Shown here: one piece after another, positions 10,242 through 21,002 of the stretch
How positions within the stretch are numbered: the stretch's first letter is position 1
Layout of the letters: the number at the start of each line of letters is the position of its first letter
Origin: Candidatus Eiseniibacteriota bacterium
Lineage (GTDB): Bacteria > Eisenbacteria > RBG-16-71-46 > CAVPCR01
NCBI GenBank assembly: GCA_963823555.1
Contig: CAWGMA010000001.1
Span: forward strand, 1,280,001-1,344,000
DNA length: 64,000 nt
Reading direction: 5' to 3'
Notes under the pieces: model-generated
Seen by the model: only the letters and a program-made list of their open reading frames with translations
The model's database searches: none
Told to the model about the DNA's origin: nothing
Translations under genes and position numbers: made by a program

Positions 10242-11450
10242 ATGAGCGACTTCCATCAGTTCGGACCCATCACGGCAATGCCCCGCCTCGTGCCGTGGAC
10301 TCTGGAGGAAATCGAGGCGCGCGTCGAGGGCCTCGCCCGCAAGTTCCCCGTCGGGCTCGTGATTCCGATGGTGCCCTCGGAGATGGACCGCCCGGCCCTG
10401 GCGCGGATCATCGGTGAGCTCTGCGAGGTGAGTTATCTCGACACGCTCGTCATCTCACTCAACCGGGCCACCGCTCGCGACTACACGCGAGCGAAGAGTT
10501 TCTTCGCCCCCTATCCGGGACGAAAGGTCATTGTCTGGAACGAGTCTCCCGGGGTGCGCAAGTTCCTGAGCCAGATCAGCGCGGCAAACCTCTACACCGG
10601 GGAGCCAGGCAAGGGACGCGCCTGCTGGCTTGCGATCGGGTACATCCTCGCCGGGGAGAGGGCCGAGTACATCGCGTTTCAAGACGCCGACGTCGTCAAC
10701 TACTCGCGCGAGATGCTGGCGCGGCTCGTGCTTCCGACCATCGATCCCACGGTCGATTTCGATTTCGTCAAGGGCTACTACTCCCGGGTCTCGGACCGCC
10801 TGCACGGTCGGGTCACTCGCTTGATGCTGGCGCCGCTCCTGGCGGCGCTCACTCGACTGATCGGTGACGATCCCTACGTGCGCTACCTGTCTTCGTTCCG
10901 CTATCCGCTGGCCGGGGAGTTCGCGGTGAAGGCCGATCTGGCCCAGCGGATGCGCCTGCCCTGCGACTGGGGACTCGAGATCGTCACCCTGTTCGAGGTG
11001 CTCCGCCATCGGGCCCCGGCCCGCATTGGACAGGTGGAGATAGCGGATCGCTACGAGCACAAGCATCAGGAGCTGTCGGCCGATGACCCGTCCCGCGGCT
11101 TGCACCGCATGGTGCGGGACATCGTCAAGCATCTCCTGCGCACCCTGGCCGCCGCTGGAGTCAATCTCTCGGACGGGCTCCTGCGCAGCATGCTCGCGGC
11201 CTACCAGCGCGAGGCAGGTGACGCCATCGCCGACAGCTACGCGGTGGCGCGGATGAACGGGCTGCGCTATGACCGCCACCAGGAGGAGGAGAACGTGCAG
11301 GTCTTCCTGGCGGCGATCCGGTCGTCGATCGATGAGGTGCGGGCCGACCCCCTCGGGGCTCCCATGGTACCGAACTGGGTCCGCATCTGGGCCGGGGTTC
11401 CGGATGCCAATGCCCGGCTTCTCGCCGCGGTCGAGCGGGGAGGGAAGTAG
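10242..11450 (+). CDS. gpgS: Glucosyl-3-phosphoglycerate synthase-like glycosyltransferase
   Basis: GKGRACW, DADV, FVKGYYSRV..LHGRVTRL, FRYPLAGEF, DWGLEI, YEHKHQ. Confidence 0.8.
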   Translation: MSDFHQFGPITAMPRLVPWTLEEIEARVEGLARKFPVGLVIPMVPSEMDRPALARIIGELCEVSYLDTLVISLNRATARDYTRAKSFFAPYPGRKVIVWNESPGVRKFLSQISAANLYTGEPGKGRACWLAIGYILAGERAEYIAFQDADVVNYSREMLARLVLPTIDPTVDFDFVKGYYSRVSDRLHGRVTRLMLAPLLAALTRLIGDDPYVRYLSSFRYPLAGEFAVKADLAQRMRLPCDWGLEIVTLFEVLRHRAPARIGQVEIADRYEHKHQELSADDPSRGLHRMVRDIVKHLLRTLAAAGVNLSDGLLRSMLAAYQREAGDAIADSYAVARMNGLRYDRHQEEENVQVFLAAIRSSIDEVRADPLGAPMVPNWVRIWAGVPDANARLLAAVERGGK

Positions 11451-11453
11451 CCG

Positions 11454-12800
11454 GTGATGGATGGGCGGCACCGCTGGCCGCATCGCCGCGAACTCGAGGG
11501 ACGGCGCGCGATCCGGGACGGCGGTCGCCGCCTCGCGATCGCTGCACTCGCGCTTCTCGTCGCGGCGTGCGGGCGGGATGGGGCGAGTGCGGACGAGTCG
11601 GTTCTCCGCCTTCTCCTGCCGGCAACGGAACGCAGCGCGTGGCAGCCGCTGGCGGCGGCGTTCTCGGCCACCCGCCCCGGGGTTCGCGTCGAGCTGATCG
11701 AGGGACCCAACTCGACCGATCTGCGGGAGAGCCTCGTGTCAACGGCCCTCCTGGCGCGCGATCCGACTTATGATCTCGTCTATCTCGATGTGACATGGAC
11801 CCCGAAGTTCGCGGCGGCCGGCTGGCTGCGCGATCTCTCGGCAGATTTCGGCACGGATAGCCGCGAGAGATTTCTCGCGCCGGCGCTCGCCGCCGGTGTG
11901 GCCGCAGGCCGCCTCTACCGGATCCCCGTGCGCACCGATGCTGGATGTCTCTACTACCGGGCCGATCTACTCGCCGCGGCGAGCATCGAGCCGCCCGAGA
12001 CGTTCGCCGGGATGGCTGCCGCTTGCCGCGAGCTTGCGGATCCGCCGGAGCGCTTTGGATATGTCTGGCAGGGGAAGCAGTACGAGGGTCTGGTATGCAA
12101 CTACCTCGAGGTGCTGGCCGGCTTCGGTGGGGTGTGGATCGATGCCGAGACGGGGCACATCGGTCTCGATGAACCCCCGGCTCAGGCCGCGCTCGAGTTC
12201 CTGGTCCGTTGCGCCCGGCCGGGTGGGATCTCTCCGCCCGGAGTGCTGAGCTATCAAGAGGAGGAATCGCGGCGCCTGTTCCAGGAGGGCCGGGCGATCT
12301 TTCTCCGCAACTGGCCCTACGTGTGGCGGCTCGCGCAGCGCCCCGAGTCGGCGCTCCGAGATCGGGTCGGTGTCCGCCCGATGGTCGCGACATCCGCAGG
12401 GCGGCCGGCGGCGACCCTCGGCGGGTGGGGGCTCGCGGTGTCCAGCTATTCACGCCATCCGGCGCTCGCCGTGGACTTCATCCGCCATGTCACCACAATC
12501 GAGTCGCAACGCCTCCTGTGCCTGCCGACCGGATATGCGCCGGCGCTACGCGCCGCCTACGCCGACTCGGAGCTCCTGGCACAGAACCCCTTCCTCACCA
12601 CGGTCCTCGAGCTTCACGCGAGCGCCGTCCTCCGGCCGGCGCTCGTCGATTACGCGCGGGCCTCCGATATTCTGCAGCGTCGGCTCTCTGCCGCGCTCTC
12701 CGGGCGCGAATCCGTGGCCGGCGCCCTCGCCGCGGCGGCGCGGGAGACCCGAGCCCTCCTCGCCGTGGGCGGCGAGGCTCCCCCGCGGAGCGGATCATGA
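11454..12800 (+). CDS. Sugar ABC transporter substrate-binding lipoprotein (trehalose/maltose type)
   Basis: Lipobox LVAAC; DVTWTPKFA, WQGKQYEGLVCN, FLRNWPY, TLGGWGL. The true start may be slightly downstream. Confidence 0.88.
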   Translation: MMDGRHRWPHRRELEGRRAIRDGGRRLAIAALALLVAACGRDGASADESVLRLLLPATERSAWQPLAAAFSATRPGVRVELIEGPNSTDLRESLVSTALLARDPTYDLVYLDVTWTPKFAAAGWLRDLSADFGTDSRERFLAPALAAGVAAGRLYRIPVRTDAGCLYYRADLLAAASIEPPETFAGMAAACRELADPPERFGYVWQGKQYEGLVCNYLEVLAGFGGVWIDAETGHIGLDEPPAQAALEFLVRCARPGGISPPGVLSYQEEESRRLFQEGRAIFLRNWPYVWRLAQRPESALRDRVGVRPMVATSAGRPAATLGGWGLAVSSYSRHPALAVDFIRHVTTIESQRLLCLPTGYAPALRAAYADSELLAQNPFLTTVLELHASAVLRPALVDYARASDILQRRLSAALSGRESVAGALAAAARETRALLAVGGEAPPRSGS

Positions 12801-13663
12801 GGTGGCGCGAGCAACTCTGGCTCCTCGCGCCGGCGGCGGTCCTCCTCGCCGCGGCCGTCGCCTATCCCATCGCCCGGGTCCTCATGCTCTCCTTTGCCGA
12901 CTACGGTCTCGCCACATCCTTCGAGATCCAGTGGCGAGGCCTCGAGCCCTACCAGCGATTGCTCGGGGATTCGCGCTTCGCCACGGCTCTCTGGAACACG
13001 ACCCTCTTCACTGGTGCATCGGTCGCGCTCGAGACCATCCTCGGACTTGCGATCGCCCTCATGCTCCGCCACCCGTTCAAGGGCCGGCGCGGCGCGCGCG
13101 CTCTCATGATGTTGCCGTGGGCGATGCCGACGGCCGTGATGGCCCTGGCCTGGACCTGGATCTTCAATGATGCCTTCGGAGTGGCCAACGATCTCCTGCT
13201 CAGGGCGGGGATGATCCGCGATCCCCTGCCGTGGCTCGCCGAGCCGCGGCTCGCCATGACGGCGCTGGTAGCGGCCGATGTGTGGAAGACAACACCCTTC
13301 GTGGCCCTGATCCTGCTTGCGGGACTCTCGAGCATCCCCGACTCGATCGAGGAGTCAGCGGAGGTCGACGGCATCGGTCGCTGGCGCCGGCTCGTGACGC
13401 TGATCCTGCCGCAACTCATGCCCTTCCTCGTGGTCGCCGTCATCTTCCGCGCGGTCCAGGCCTGGGCCGCCTTCGACCTGATCTACGTGATGACAGGGGG
13501 AGGGCCTGGGGGAGCGACGGAAACGGTCTCCCTCTATGCTCAGCAGACCTATTTCCGCTACCTCGATTTCGGCTATGCCTCGACGATCGTCGTGGTCTCG
13601 ATCGCCGCCTTGCTGGCGGCGGTGGCCGCGCTGCGCGGGCTAGGACGGAGGGTGACCTTGTGA
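12797..13663 (+). CDS. Sugar ABC transporter permease (MalF-like)
   Basis: DVWKTTPFVALILLAGL, EAA-like loop, MTGGGPG; ATGA overlap with the binding-protein gene. Confidence 0.9.
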   Translation: MRWREQLWLLAPAAVLLAAAVAYPIARVLMLSFADYGLATSFEIQWRGLEPYQRLLGDSRFATALWNTTLFTGASVALETILGLAIALMLRHPFKGRRGARALMMLPWAMPTAVMALAWTWIFNDAFGVANDLLLRAGMIRDPLPWLAEPRLAMTALVAADVWKTTPFVALILLAGLSSIPDSIEESAEVDGIGRWRRLVTLILPQLMPFLVVAVIFRAVQAWAAFDLIYVMTGGGPGGATETVSLYAQQTYFRYLDFGYASTIVVVSIAALLAAVAALRGLGRRVTL

Positions 13664-14496
13664 AGCAGTCGCTTGCCAGCCTGGTGCTCCGGATCGTGGC
13701 GCTCGCGCTCCTCATCGGCTTGGCGCTGGGACCGGTGGCCTGGCAAGCCCTGACCTCGATCAAGAGCGACAACGAGATCACGACGCGACCGACCGTGTAC
13801 TGGCCGCGCCAGCCCACGCTCGATGCCTACCGCACGCTCTTCCAGCGCAAGCCCATGATGACCTACCTCGCCAATTCTCTCGTGGTCTCGGTCTCGGCCA
13901 CCATGCTCTGCCTGGCGGTCGCCATCCCCGCTGCCTATGCCCTGGCGCGCATGCGGCCGCGGGCGCGGCGCCTCGGACTGGCCGGGCTCCTCGGGGTGGC
14001 GCTCTTCCCGCCGGTGCTCTTGCTGTTTCCGCTCTACGAGGTGTTCCGCGCTCTGGGCTGGCTGAACCACTCGATCGCGCTCGTCGTGCCCTATGCGGCG
14101 CTGAATCTCCCGCTCGCCGTATGGGCGGTGGAGAGCGCGATCGGCACCGTTCCGATCGAGGTGGACGAGGCGGCCGTCCTCGACGGCCTTTCGGTGCGGC
14201 GCCGGCTCGTCCTCGTGCATGCCCCGCTGGCCGCCTCGGGAATCGCGGCGGCGGGGATCCTGGTGCTCATCTTCTCGTGGAACGAGTTCCTGCTCGCGCT
14301 CACCTTCATGACGCGCGATCAGGCGAAGACGGTCACCGCCGGAATCGCCAGTGTGAGCGGCTCCTCGATCTACGAGATCCCGTGGGGCCAGCTCTCGGCG
14401 GCAACGGTCGTGGCAACCGCTCCACTCATGGCGCTCGTGCTGCTCGGACAGCGTTTCCTCATCCAGGGCATCACGCGCGGTGCGGTGAAGGGATAG
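13660..14496 (+). CDS. Sugar ABC transporter permease (MalG-like)
   Basis: NSLVVS, EAAVLDG, FSWNEFLLAL, GITRGAVKG; GTGA overlap. Confidence 0.9.
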   Translation: MKQSLASLVLRIVALALLIGLALGPVAWQALTSIKSDNEITTRPTVYWPRQPTLDAYRTLFQRKPMMTYLANSLVVSVSATMLCLAVAIPAAYALARMRPRARRLGLAGLLGVALFPPVLLLFPLYEVFRALGWLNHSIALVVPYAALNLPLAVWAVESAIGTVPIEVDEAAVLDGLSVRRRLVLVHAPLAASGIAAAGILVLIFSWNEFLLALTFMTRDQAKTVTAGIASVSGSSIYEIPWGQLSAATVVATAPLMALVLLGQRFLIQGITRGAVKG

Positions 14497-14501
14497 ATGC
14501 G

Positions 14502-15632
14502 GTGGTAACGACAGCGAGTGAAAGGGCGAGGCGGAGTGCCGCCCATCTCGAGATCAGCGAGGTATCGGCCGCCTACGGCGACGACGCGGTTCTGGACCGG
14601 GTCTCCTTCACGGCGTCCCCCGGGACGATCCTGACCCTGCTCGGCCCGTCAGGCTGCGGCAAATCGACGCTCCTCCGGGTCGTGGCCGGGCTCCTGTCCC
14701 CGACTGCGGGTGATGTGCGCATCGACGGCCGGTCCGTGCTCGACTCGCCGCCCGGACGGCGGGATGTCGCCATGGTCTTCCAGAACTACGCGCTCTATCC
14801 CCATCTGAGCGTGAAGCGGAATCTCTCTCTTGCTCTCGAGGCGCGGCGCATCGACAAGAAGGAGATCACGCGTCGCATCACCGAGGTCTCCGGATTGCTG
14901 GGCATCGGCGATCTTCTCATGCGGAAGCCCAGGGCCCTCTCCGGGGGGCAGCAGCAGCGGGTGGCTCTGGGCCGGGCCCTGGTGCGCGAACCCCGGCTGT
15001 ATCTCCTCGATGAGCCGCTGTCGAATCTCGATGCGCTCTTGCGCGAGGAGATGCGGAGTGAGCTGAAAGCGCTGTTCCGCCGGCTCGGGGCGACCGTGCT
15101 CTATGTTACCCACGACCAGGTGGAGGCCCTCACCCTCGCCGACACGGTGGTCGTGCTCGAACGGGGGCGGGTGCGACAGGTCGGCGCGCCCGCCGAAGTC
15201 CACCGCCAGCCGGCCGATCTGTTCGTGGCCACCTTTGTCGGGTCCCCGCGCATGAACCTGATCGCGGGCGAGGTGAGTGCCGATGGCTTCGCTGCCCACG
15301 GACTCCGCCTGCGCGGTCCGGTCCCGGCGCCGGGGGGAACCCGGGTCATGCTCGGCATCCGCCCCGAGGACGTCCAGGTGAGTCGTGCCGACCGGGCGGC
15401 GGATGCCACGGAGCAGGATGGGATGAGCGCGCGCATCACGCTGAACGAGAACCTGGGGTCCCAGGTCCTGCTCACCCTTGCGGTGGGGGACTTGAGGATC
15501 CGCGCTCTCGTCCCGGAGAGCCCACCGGGAGAGAGGATCTCGATTCGCTTCCCGGCCTCCCGGCGGCACTGGTTCGACCTGGCGAGCGGCGGACGGCTGA
15601 ATCCGGTCCAGGTCGAGCGGCCACCGGTGTAG
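14502..15632 (+). CDS. Sugar ABC transporter ATP-binding protein (MalK-like)
   Basis: GPSGCGKS, VFQNYALYPH, LSGGQQQR, LDEPLSNLD, C-terminal TOBE-like region. Confidence 0.92.
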   Translation: MVTTASERARRSAAHLEISEVSAAYGDDAVLDRVSFTASPGTILTLLGPSGCGKSTLLRVVAGLLSPTAGDVRIDGRSVLDSPPGRRDVAMVFQNYALYPHLSVKRNLSLALEARRIDKKEITRRITEVSGLLGIGDLLMRKPRALSGGQQQRVALGRALVREPRLYLLDEPLSNLDALLREEMRSELKALFRRLGATVLYVTHDQVEALTLADTVVVLERGRVRQVGAPAEVHRQPADLFVATFVGSPRMNLIAGEVSADGFAAHGLRLRGPVPAPGGTRVMLGIRPEDVQVSRADRAADATEQDGMSARITLNENLGSQVLLTLAVGDLRIRALVPESPPGERISIRFPASRRHWFDLASGGRLNPVQVERPPV

Positions 15633-15671
15633 GTCGAGCGGCCGCGTCCGACATCACGGTCGCCCGTCGAC

Positions 15672-17501
15672 TCATCCCGATCCGGGTGCGTCGGGTCGCG
15701 CTCCGCTCGTGAGCTTCTGGTAGGTGCGCAGGAGATCGTGTCGCGACAGGATCGCGATCAGTCGATCGGGATCGTGGGGATCGACGACCACCAGATCATC
15801 CTCATCATTGGCGACGAGAAGGGTGAGCGCCTCACGCAGATCGATGTTGGGAGTGACGCGCGGCACTTCGACGCGGACCAGGTCCTGAGCGATCAGGTAG
15901 GAGCCGATCGCCTCGCGTCCGGCGACATGCAGATCGGACAGGGTGAGGAGTCCGAGCAGGCGGCCGTCCTCGTCGACGACGGCGAACGAGCTCACGCCTT
16001 CCTCGATGGCGCGTTCGGCCACCTCCTTGATGGGTGTCGCGCGGCTCACGCTGCGCGTGGGCGCTCCGGCCTGCAGGGCGTCGGAGACGTGCATGCTGGC
16101 CAGTGCTGCTGCGGCCAGCTCGCCTTGATGGGCTGGCGACTCGCTGCGCGACTGCACCTGCTCGCGATAGATGCTGGTGCGCGGCGCGAGCAGAGAGGTG
16201 ACGGTCGAGACCAGGATCAAGGGCAGGATGAGCCCGTAAGAGCCCGTCATCTCGCAGATGAGAATGACGGACGTGAGGGGCGTCTTGGCCACGCCGGCGA
16301 AGAATCCCCCCATCCCCACCAGCGCACAGGCCGCCGGCGAGGGGGCGATGCCCGGCAGCAGGGTCTGACCCACGGCACCGAAGGCGCCTCCGAGGCAGGC
16401 GCCGATGGCGAGCGAGGGCGCGAACACGCCCCCTGAACCTCCGCTCGAGATGGTGAAGGTCGTGGCGAAGATCTTCGCCATGGCGAGCGAGAGCAGGAGG
16501 AGGGGTGGGAATCGGCCATCGATCGAGTTCTGGGCGAGGCCGTAGCCGCCGCCGAGAAGAAGGTGATCATCACCGGTCCAGAGTCCGAACAGAAGCGTGA
16601 GCGCGCCCAGGCTGGCGCCGCCGATGGCGGCCCGCGCCGGGGCGGGAAGGGGGATCCGTTTGAATACGCGCTCGCCGCGGTAGAAGACGCGCACATAGAT
16701 GATCCCGACCGCGGCGCACAGGAGGCCGAGCGCCGCGAAGAACGGCAGCTCACTCGGGTGTTCGAAGCCCAGGGCGGGGATCGCGAAGAGCGGTTCGCGA
16801 TGCCCCAGCATGATGAAGGTCGAGTAGGCGACAATGGCGGCGATCACTCCGGGAAAGACCGCCGAGCCCTCGAAGTCGGGTCCCCGATAGACGACCTCGG
16901 CGGCGAACAAGGCCCCCCCGAGCGGGGCGCGGAAGATGGCGCCGATGCCACCGGCGGCGCCCGACAAGAGGAGGATCCGGCGCGCGCGCGGGCCGAGATG
17001 GAGCAGGTTTCCCATCACCGAGCCGAGTGTGCCGCCGAACTGGGCCACGGGTCCCTCACGTCCCGCCGAGCCCCCGGTGCCGAGCGTCATCATGGAGGCG
17101 AGGAGCTTGAGCGGGGCCACGCGGAAGCGAACGCGGCCGGCAGCGCGGTGGTAAGCACGGACCACGGCGTCGGTGCCGTGGCCGGTGGCTTCTGGAGCGA
17201 AGGTGAAGGTCAGCCAGGCCGAGGCCGCGGCACCGGCCGCCGGAACCAGCAGGAGAAAGAGAATCCGGGACAGCCGCCGCGCTTCGGTGGTGTGGACCGT
17301 GGAATTGAGGGCGGCTTCGGGCTGGGCGAACAGGACATCATGGGAGAAATCGAGGCCCGCCTGGAAGATCCCAGCCGCCAGTCCGATGGCGAGACCGAGC
17401 AGGCTGGCGAGCATGATCCAGCGGCCGCCCTCACGGAGATCCAGGTTGTCCGTGAACCGGCGGCCGAACGAGCGGAGGTCGGTGAACGTCGCCTGCTTCA
17501 A
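15672..17501 (-). CDS. CLC family chloride channel/transporter with two CBS domains
   Basis: GHGTD, GSAGREGP, FRAPLGG, GGVFAP; C-terminal CBS pair. Confidence 0.9.
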   Translation of the reverse strand: MKQATFTDLRSFGRRFTDNLDLREGGRWIMLASLLGLAIGLAAGIFQAGLDFSHDVLFAQPEAALNSTVHTTEARRLSRILFLLLVPAAGAAASAWLTFTFAPEATGHGTDAVVRAYHRAAGRVRFRVAPLKLLASMMTLGTGGSAGREGPVAQFGGTLGSVMGNLLHLGPRARRILLLSGAAGGIGAIFRAPLGGALFAAEVVYRGPDFEGSAVFPGVIAAIVAYSTFIMLGHREPLFAIPALGFEHPSELPFFAALGLLCAAVGIIYVRVFYRGERVFKRIPLPAPARAAIGGASLGALTLLFGLWTGDDHLLLGGGYGLAQNSIDGRFPPLLLLSLAMAKIFATTFTISSGGSGGVFAPSLAIGACLGGAFGAVGQTLLPGIAPSPAACALVGMGGFFAGVAKTPLTSVILICEMTGSYGLILPLILVSTVTSLLAPRTSIYREQVQSRSESPAHQGELAAAALASMHVSDALQAGAPTRSVSRATPIKEVAERAIEEGVSSFAVVDEDGRLLGLLTLSDLHVAGREAIGSYLIAQDLVRVEVPRVTPNIDLREALTLLVANDEDDLVVVDPHDPDRLIAILSRHDLLRTYQKLTSGARPDAPGSG

Positions 17502-18949
17502 CGAAGCTCCCAGGGGAACTCGTTCCCTTCGGACGCCAGGCCCCCCGACAGGGCGACCGGCTCCGTGGCCTCGAGGTCACGCAGGATGGCGGCGCCCCAC
17601 TCGTTGGCGGTTCCGGTCTGGACGCGCCTGAGGAGCCTGGCGTGGCGATCGCGGCGCTCCTCCACGGACATCGCGAGCGCTCGGGCGATACCCCGCGCGA
17701 CATCGACGGGAACGTAGGGGTTGACGATCAAGGCTTCCTTGAGCTCCTCCGCGGCCCCCGCGCAGCGACTCAAGACAAGGACTCCCGGGTCCATTGGATC
17801 CTGGGCGGCGACATACTCCTTGGCGACGAGGTTCATGCCGTCGCGGAGCGGCGTGACGAGACCGACGTCGCTGCGCCGGTAGAGACCGGCCAGGAATCGG
17901 CGCGGGTAGTTGCGGTACAGGTAGCGGATCGGGGTCCAGTCGGTCTCCGCCAGCTCCCCGTTCACGCGCCCGAGAACGGCTTCCACACGGCGTCTTTGCT
18001 CGACGTACTCGGGGACCTGGGTGCGGCTCGGTGAGGCGATCTGGACCAGGATGACGCGGCGGCGCCACGCCTCGTACTTGCGCAGGAACTCCTCGAAGGC
18101 CGTGAACCGCTCCGGTATGCCCTTCGTGTAGTCGAGTCGGTCGACGGCCAGCACGATGCGGCGGCGGCGCGAGGAGGTCGTGGTGACGGTTCGCCACGGC
18201 ATCGCGTCCGCCTCGGGCCGCGGCGCGAAATCGGCGGGCTCGATGCCCACCGGGTACGTGCCCGCACGTTGGCTGCGCTCGCCCACGGTCACGGTCGTGC
18301 CATCCCAGCGAGCCCCGAACTCGCGCCGGCAGCAGGTGATGTAGTTCTCGAGGAAACTCTGAACGTGGAATCCGACGAGGTCATACTCGAGCAGGGCGCC
18401 AAGGAAGTCGCGAGGATCGGGCAAAAGTCGCCACAGGTCGTGAGGTGGGAACGGCGTGTGCAGGAAGAAGCCGATCCGCCCCTGCCATCCGAGGTGTCGG
18501 AGCTCCCGCCCGAGCAGCAGGAGGTGATAATCATGGACCCAGATGAGGTCGTCTGCGGCGAGTAGCGGGAAGAGAGCGCGCGCGAAACGGCTCTGCACGC
18601 GTCGGTAGCAGGCTTCCTGCCGCGGGGTGATCCGGACCCGGCCCTGGAAGCAGTGGAACAGCGGCCATAGAGTGCGGTTGCAGAATCCCGCGTAGTAATC
18701 GTCCACCTCCGCCTGGGTGAGGGCGAGCCCGGCGAACTTGACCCCGAGCGCGGACCGTGTGGTGACCCGAGTCTCGCGCCCCGGCTCCGCGACGCGACCG
18801 CTCCACCCGAACCAGTAGCTTCCAGGGAAACGGCGCAGGGCCGCGAACACGGCGCTGGCCAGTCCGCCCACCGGGACCTCCGGTTCGCCGATCGAGCCCG
18901 ACTTCTGCACGCTCGGCAAGCGATTGGATACGGCAACCAACCTGGTCAT
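17498..18949 (-). CDS. otsA: Trehalose-6-phosphate synthase (GT20)
   Basis: [45 protein letters not shown]. Confidence 0.93.
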   Translation of the reverse strand: MTRLVAVSNRLPSVQKSGSIGEPEVPVGGLASAVFAALRRFPGSYWFGWSGRVAEPGRETRVTTRSALGVKFAGLALTQAEVDDYYAGFCNRTLWPLFHCFQGRVRITPRQEACYRRVQSRFARALFPLLAADDLIWVHDYHLLLLGRELRHLGWQGRIGFFLHTPFPPHDLWRLLPDPRDFLGALLEYDLVGFHVQSFLENYITCCRREFGARWDGTTVTVGERSQRAGTYPVGIEPADFAPRPEADAMPWRTVTTTSSRRRRIVLAVDRLDYTKGIPERFTAFEEFLRKYEAWRRRVILVQIASPSRTQVPEYVEQRRRVEAVLGRVNGELAETDWTPIRYLYRNYPRRFLAGLYRRSDVGLVTPLRDGMNLVAKEYVAAQDPMDPGVLVLSRCAGAAEELKEALIVNPYVPVDVARGIARALAMSVEERRDRHARLLRRVQTGTANEWGAAILRDLEATEPVALSGGLASEGNEFPWELR

Positions 18950-19761
18950 GGCGCCGTGCTCCCGGGTGTATCGACGACATGGAACCACTTCTCCAGGAAG
19001 TCGGCGACGGCCTCGATCGAGGGCAGACGGGCGGTGGCCAGAGAGGGGCGCGGTTCTTCCGCGACCAGGATGCCAAGACCGTTGCCCGCGATGGCGCGAA
19101 AGGCGTCCTCGTCCGTCGAGTCATCCCCCACGTAGACCGGGTACACGTCGGGTTCCGCGGCCGCGATCAGATCATGGACCGCTGTTTCCTTGGTCCGCTC
19201 GGTGCAAGCCAGCTCGATGCCGCCATCGGCCATGAGGAGCCGAAGCCCGGAATCCTGGGCCAGGGGTCGCCAGCGCGCGCTCAGGGCGCGCGCGCTCGCT
19301 TCGGCCTCCGCCCGGGGCATGCCGCGGGTGTGGAACATGATGGCCGAGCGCTTGGGCTCGAGACGGGGGCCGAGGCCGAGGGCAACCGCTTGCTCGGCGG
19401 CTCGGGCCAAGGCCGCTTCGGCGCCGGCTGGGAGCGGTCGCTGGATGAGCTCATGAGGCGGATGCCGCTCCTCCCAGCCGTGCTCGCCGACCAGAGTCAC
19501 CGGGAGCGGGCCGAGGAGCGTCTCGATCTCCGCGAGCGGGCGGCCGGAGACGATGGCCACCGCCGTTGCCTTTCGCACCACGATCTGTTTGAGCGCGGCC
19601 AGGGCTCGCGGGTGGGGGAGCGCGCGGCGACGATCGGGATGGAAGGGAGCGAGCGTCCCATCGTAGTCGAGCATCAGCAAGCGATGACGGGCTGTTGCTG
19701 CCTCCTGCCAGAGCCGGGGGGGAAGCTCGCCGAGCCCGAGGGTCAGATCGTGGACGGCCAT
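18946..19761 (-). CDS. otsB: Trehalose-6-phosphate phosphatase (HAD)
   Basis: LDYDGTL, SGR, GEHG, VGDDSTDEDAF. Confidence 0.9.
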   Translation of the reverse strand: MAVHDLTLGLGELPPRLWQEAATARHRLLMLDYDGTLAPFHPDRRRALPHPRALAALKQIVVRKATAVAIVSGRPLAEIETLLGPLPVTLVGEHGWEERHPPHELIQRPLPAGAEAALARAAEQAVALGLGPRLEPKRSAIMFHTRGMPRAEAEASARALSARWRPLAQDSGLRLLMADGGIELACTERTKETAVHDLIAAAEPDVYPVYVGDDSTDEDAFRAIAGNGLGILVAEEPRPSLATARLPSIEAVADFLEKWFHVVDTPGSTAP

Positions 19762-21002
19762 CAGTAGATCTCCACGCGGTCGGACGCACCATGCCGTAAC
19801 GCGAGCATGAGGGTCAGGTATTCGCGCAGATGGCGCGTGAGAAGGAAGTTCTCACGGACCAGGGTGCGCGCCTTCTCGGCCATCTCCGCCATGATGCGCG
19901 GACGATTCAAGAGGTAGCGCATGCGCATGGCGGCGCCCTCGGGCGTGTTGACGAGAAAGCCGGTGTGGTGATTGACGACCTGGAGCGTGATGCCTCCGGT
20001 CTCGCCGCCGATCACGGGCTTGCCCTTCCACAAGGCCTCGGTCACGGTGAGCCCGAACCCCTCACGAAGCGACTTCTGCAGCACGATATCGGCGCGCCGC
20101 TGCAAGGCGTTGATGTCGCGATGCGCATCGCTGGGGAGCAGGAGAATGTGGATGTTGGGATCCCCGTCGGTGGCCTGGCGAACATCGGCCAGGACCTCCG
20201 CTCCCTCCGGATCATCGTCGGCGGCACCGCCGGCCAGCACGAGCTGGAGGGGCATGTGCTCCCGCACCATACGGTAGGCGTTGATCACGCCGACCGGGTC
20301 CTTGAAGCGGTCGAAGCGGGATACCTGGAGCGCGACCGGAACCTTGGGGTCGAGATGGAACCGCTGGGCGACGGCGGAGACCTCCTCCGGGTCGAGCGGC
20401 ATGTTCTTCTCGCTCAGAGGGTCGATGCTGGGCGCAATGAGATACTGTGGATGCTTGAGCGGCTGGACGAAATTGGCGAGCGAGAAGATGCTGGCATCGT
20501 AATCGTTGATGAACGGTCGCAGGAATTTCCAGACCGGGCGATGAGGGCGACTGACGTCGATGTGGCACCGCCAGACCCACTTGCCGCGTCGCCGGGGGAG
20601 GTGGCGGAGCAATGCGGCGGGTTGCGGGTCGTGAACGAAGACGAAATCCGCCTCCTCGAGCACCGGGCGCATGGCCTCGGCGTTGACTCGATTGACCTCG
20701 GCATAGCCCTCGAGCAAGCGGGGCGGGATGTTGACTGCAGTGCCCTGGAGTCCGTTATGAAAGCCCTTGGTCGCGGCAAAGAAGTCCTGGTTGCCCTCGA
20801 TCACTTCCCAGCTGGCGCGGAGGCCCAGCTCCTGCATCAGTGGGATCAAGCGGGCCAGGATCTCCGCCACGCCGCCGCCGCTGCGCGTCGAGTTGACATG
20901 CACGACCGACATGTCCTTGAGCGAACGCGCGAGCTTGCCGAGCTGGGCCACGGCCTCGGGGCCGGCGATCGCGGCGTAGTCGGCGAGTTGCGGCCGCTTC
21001 AT
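19761..21002 (-). CDS. treT: Trehalose glycosyltransferring synthase TreT (GT4)
   Basis: HVNSTRSGGGVAEIL, HDPQP, WRCHID, QVSRFDRFKDP, EGFGLTVTEALWK. Confidence 0.88.
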   Translation of the reverse strand: MKRPQLADYAAIAGPEAVAQLGKLARSLKDMSVVHVNSTRSGGGVAEILARLIPLMQELGLRASWEVIEGNQDFFAATKGFHNGLQGTAVNIPPRLLEGYAEVNRVNAEAMRPVLEEADFVFVHDPQPAALLRHLPRRRGKWVWRCHIDVSRPHRPVWKFLRPFINDYDASIFSLANFVQPLKHPQYLIAPSIDPLSEKNMPLDPEEVSAVAQRFHLDPKVPVALQVSRFDRFKDPVGVINAYRMVREHMPLQLVLAGGAADDDPEGAEVLADVRQATDGDPNIHILLLPSDAHRDINALQRRADIVLQKSLREGFGLTVTEALWKGKPVIGGETGGITLQVVNHHTGFLVNTPEGAAMRMRYLLNRPRIMAEMAEKARTLVRENFLLTRHLREYLTLMLALRHGASDRVEIY

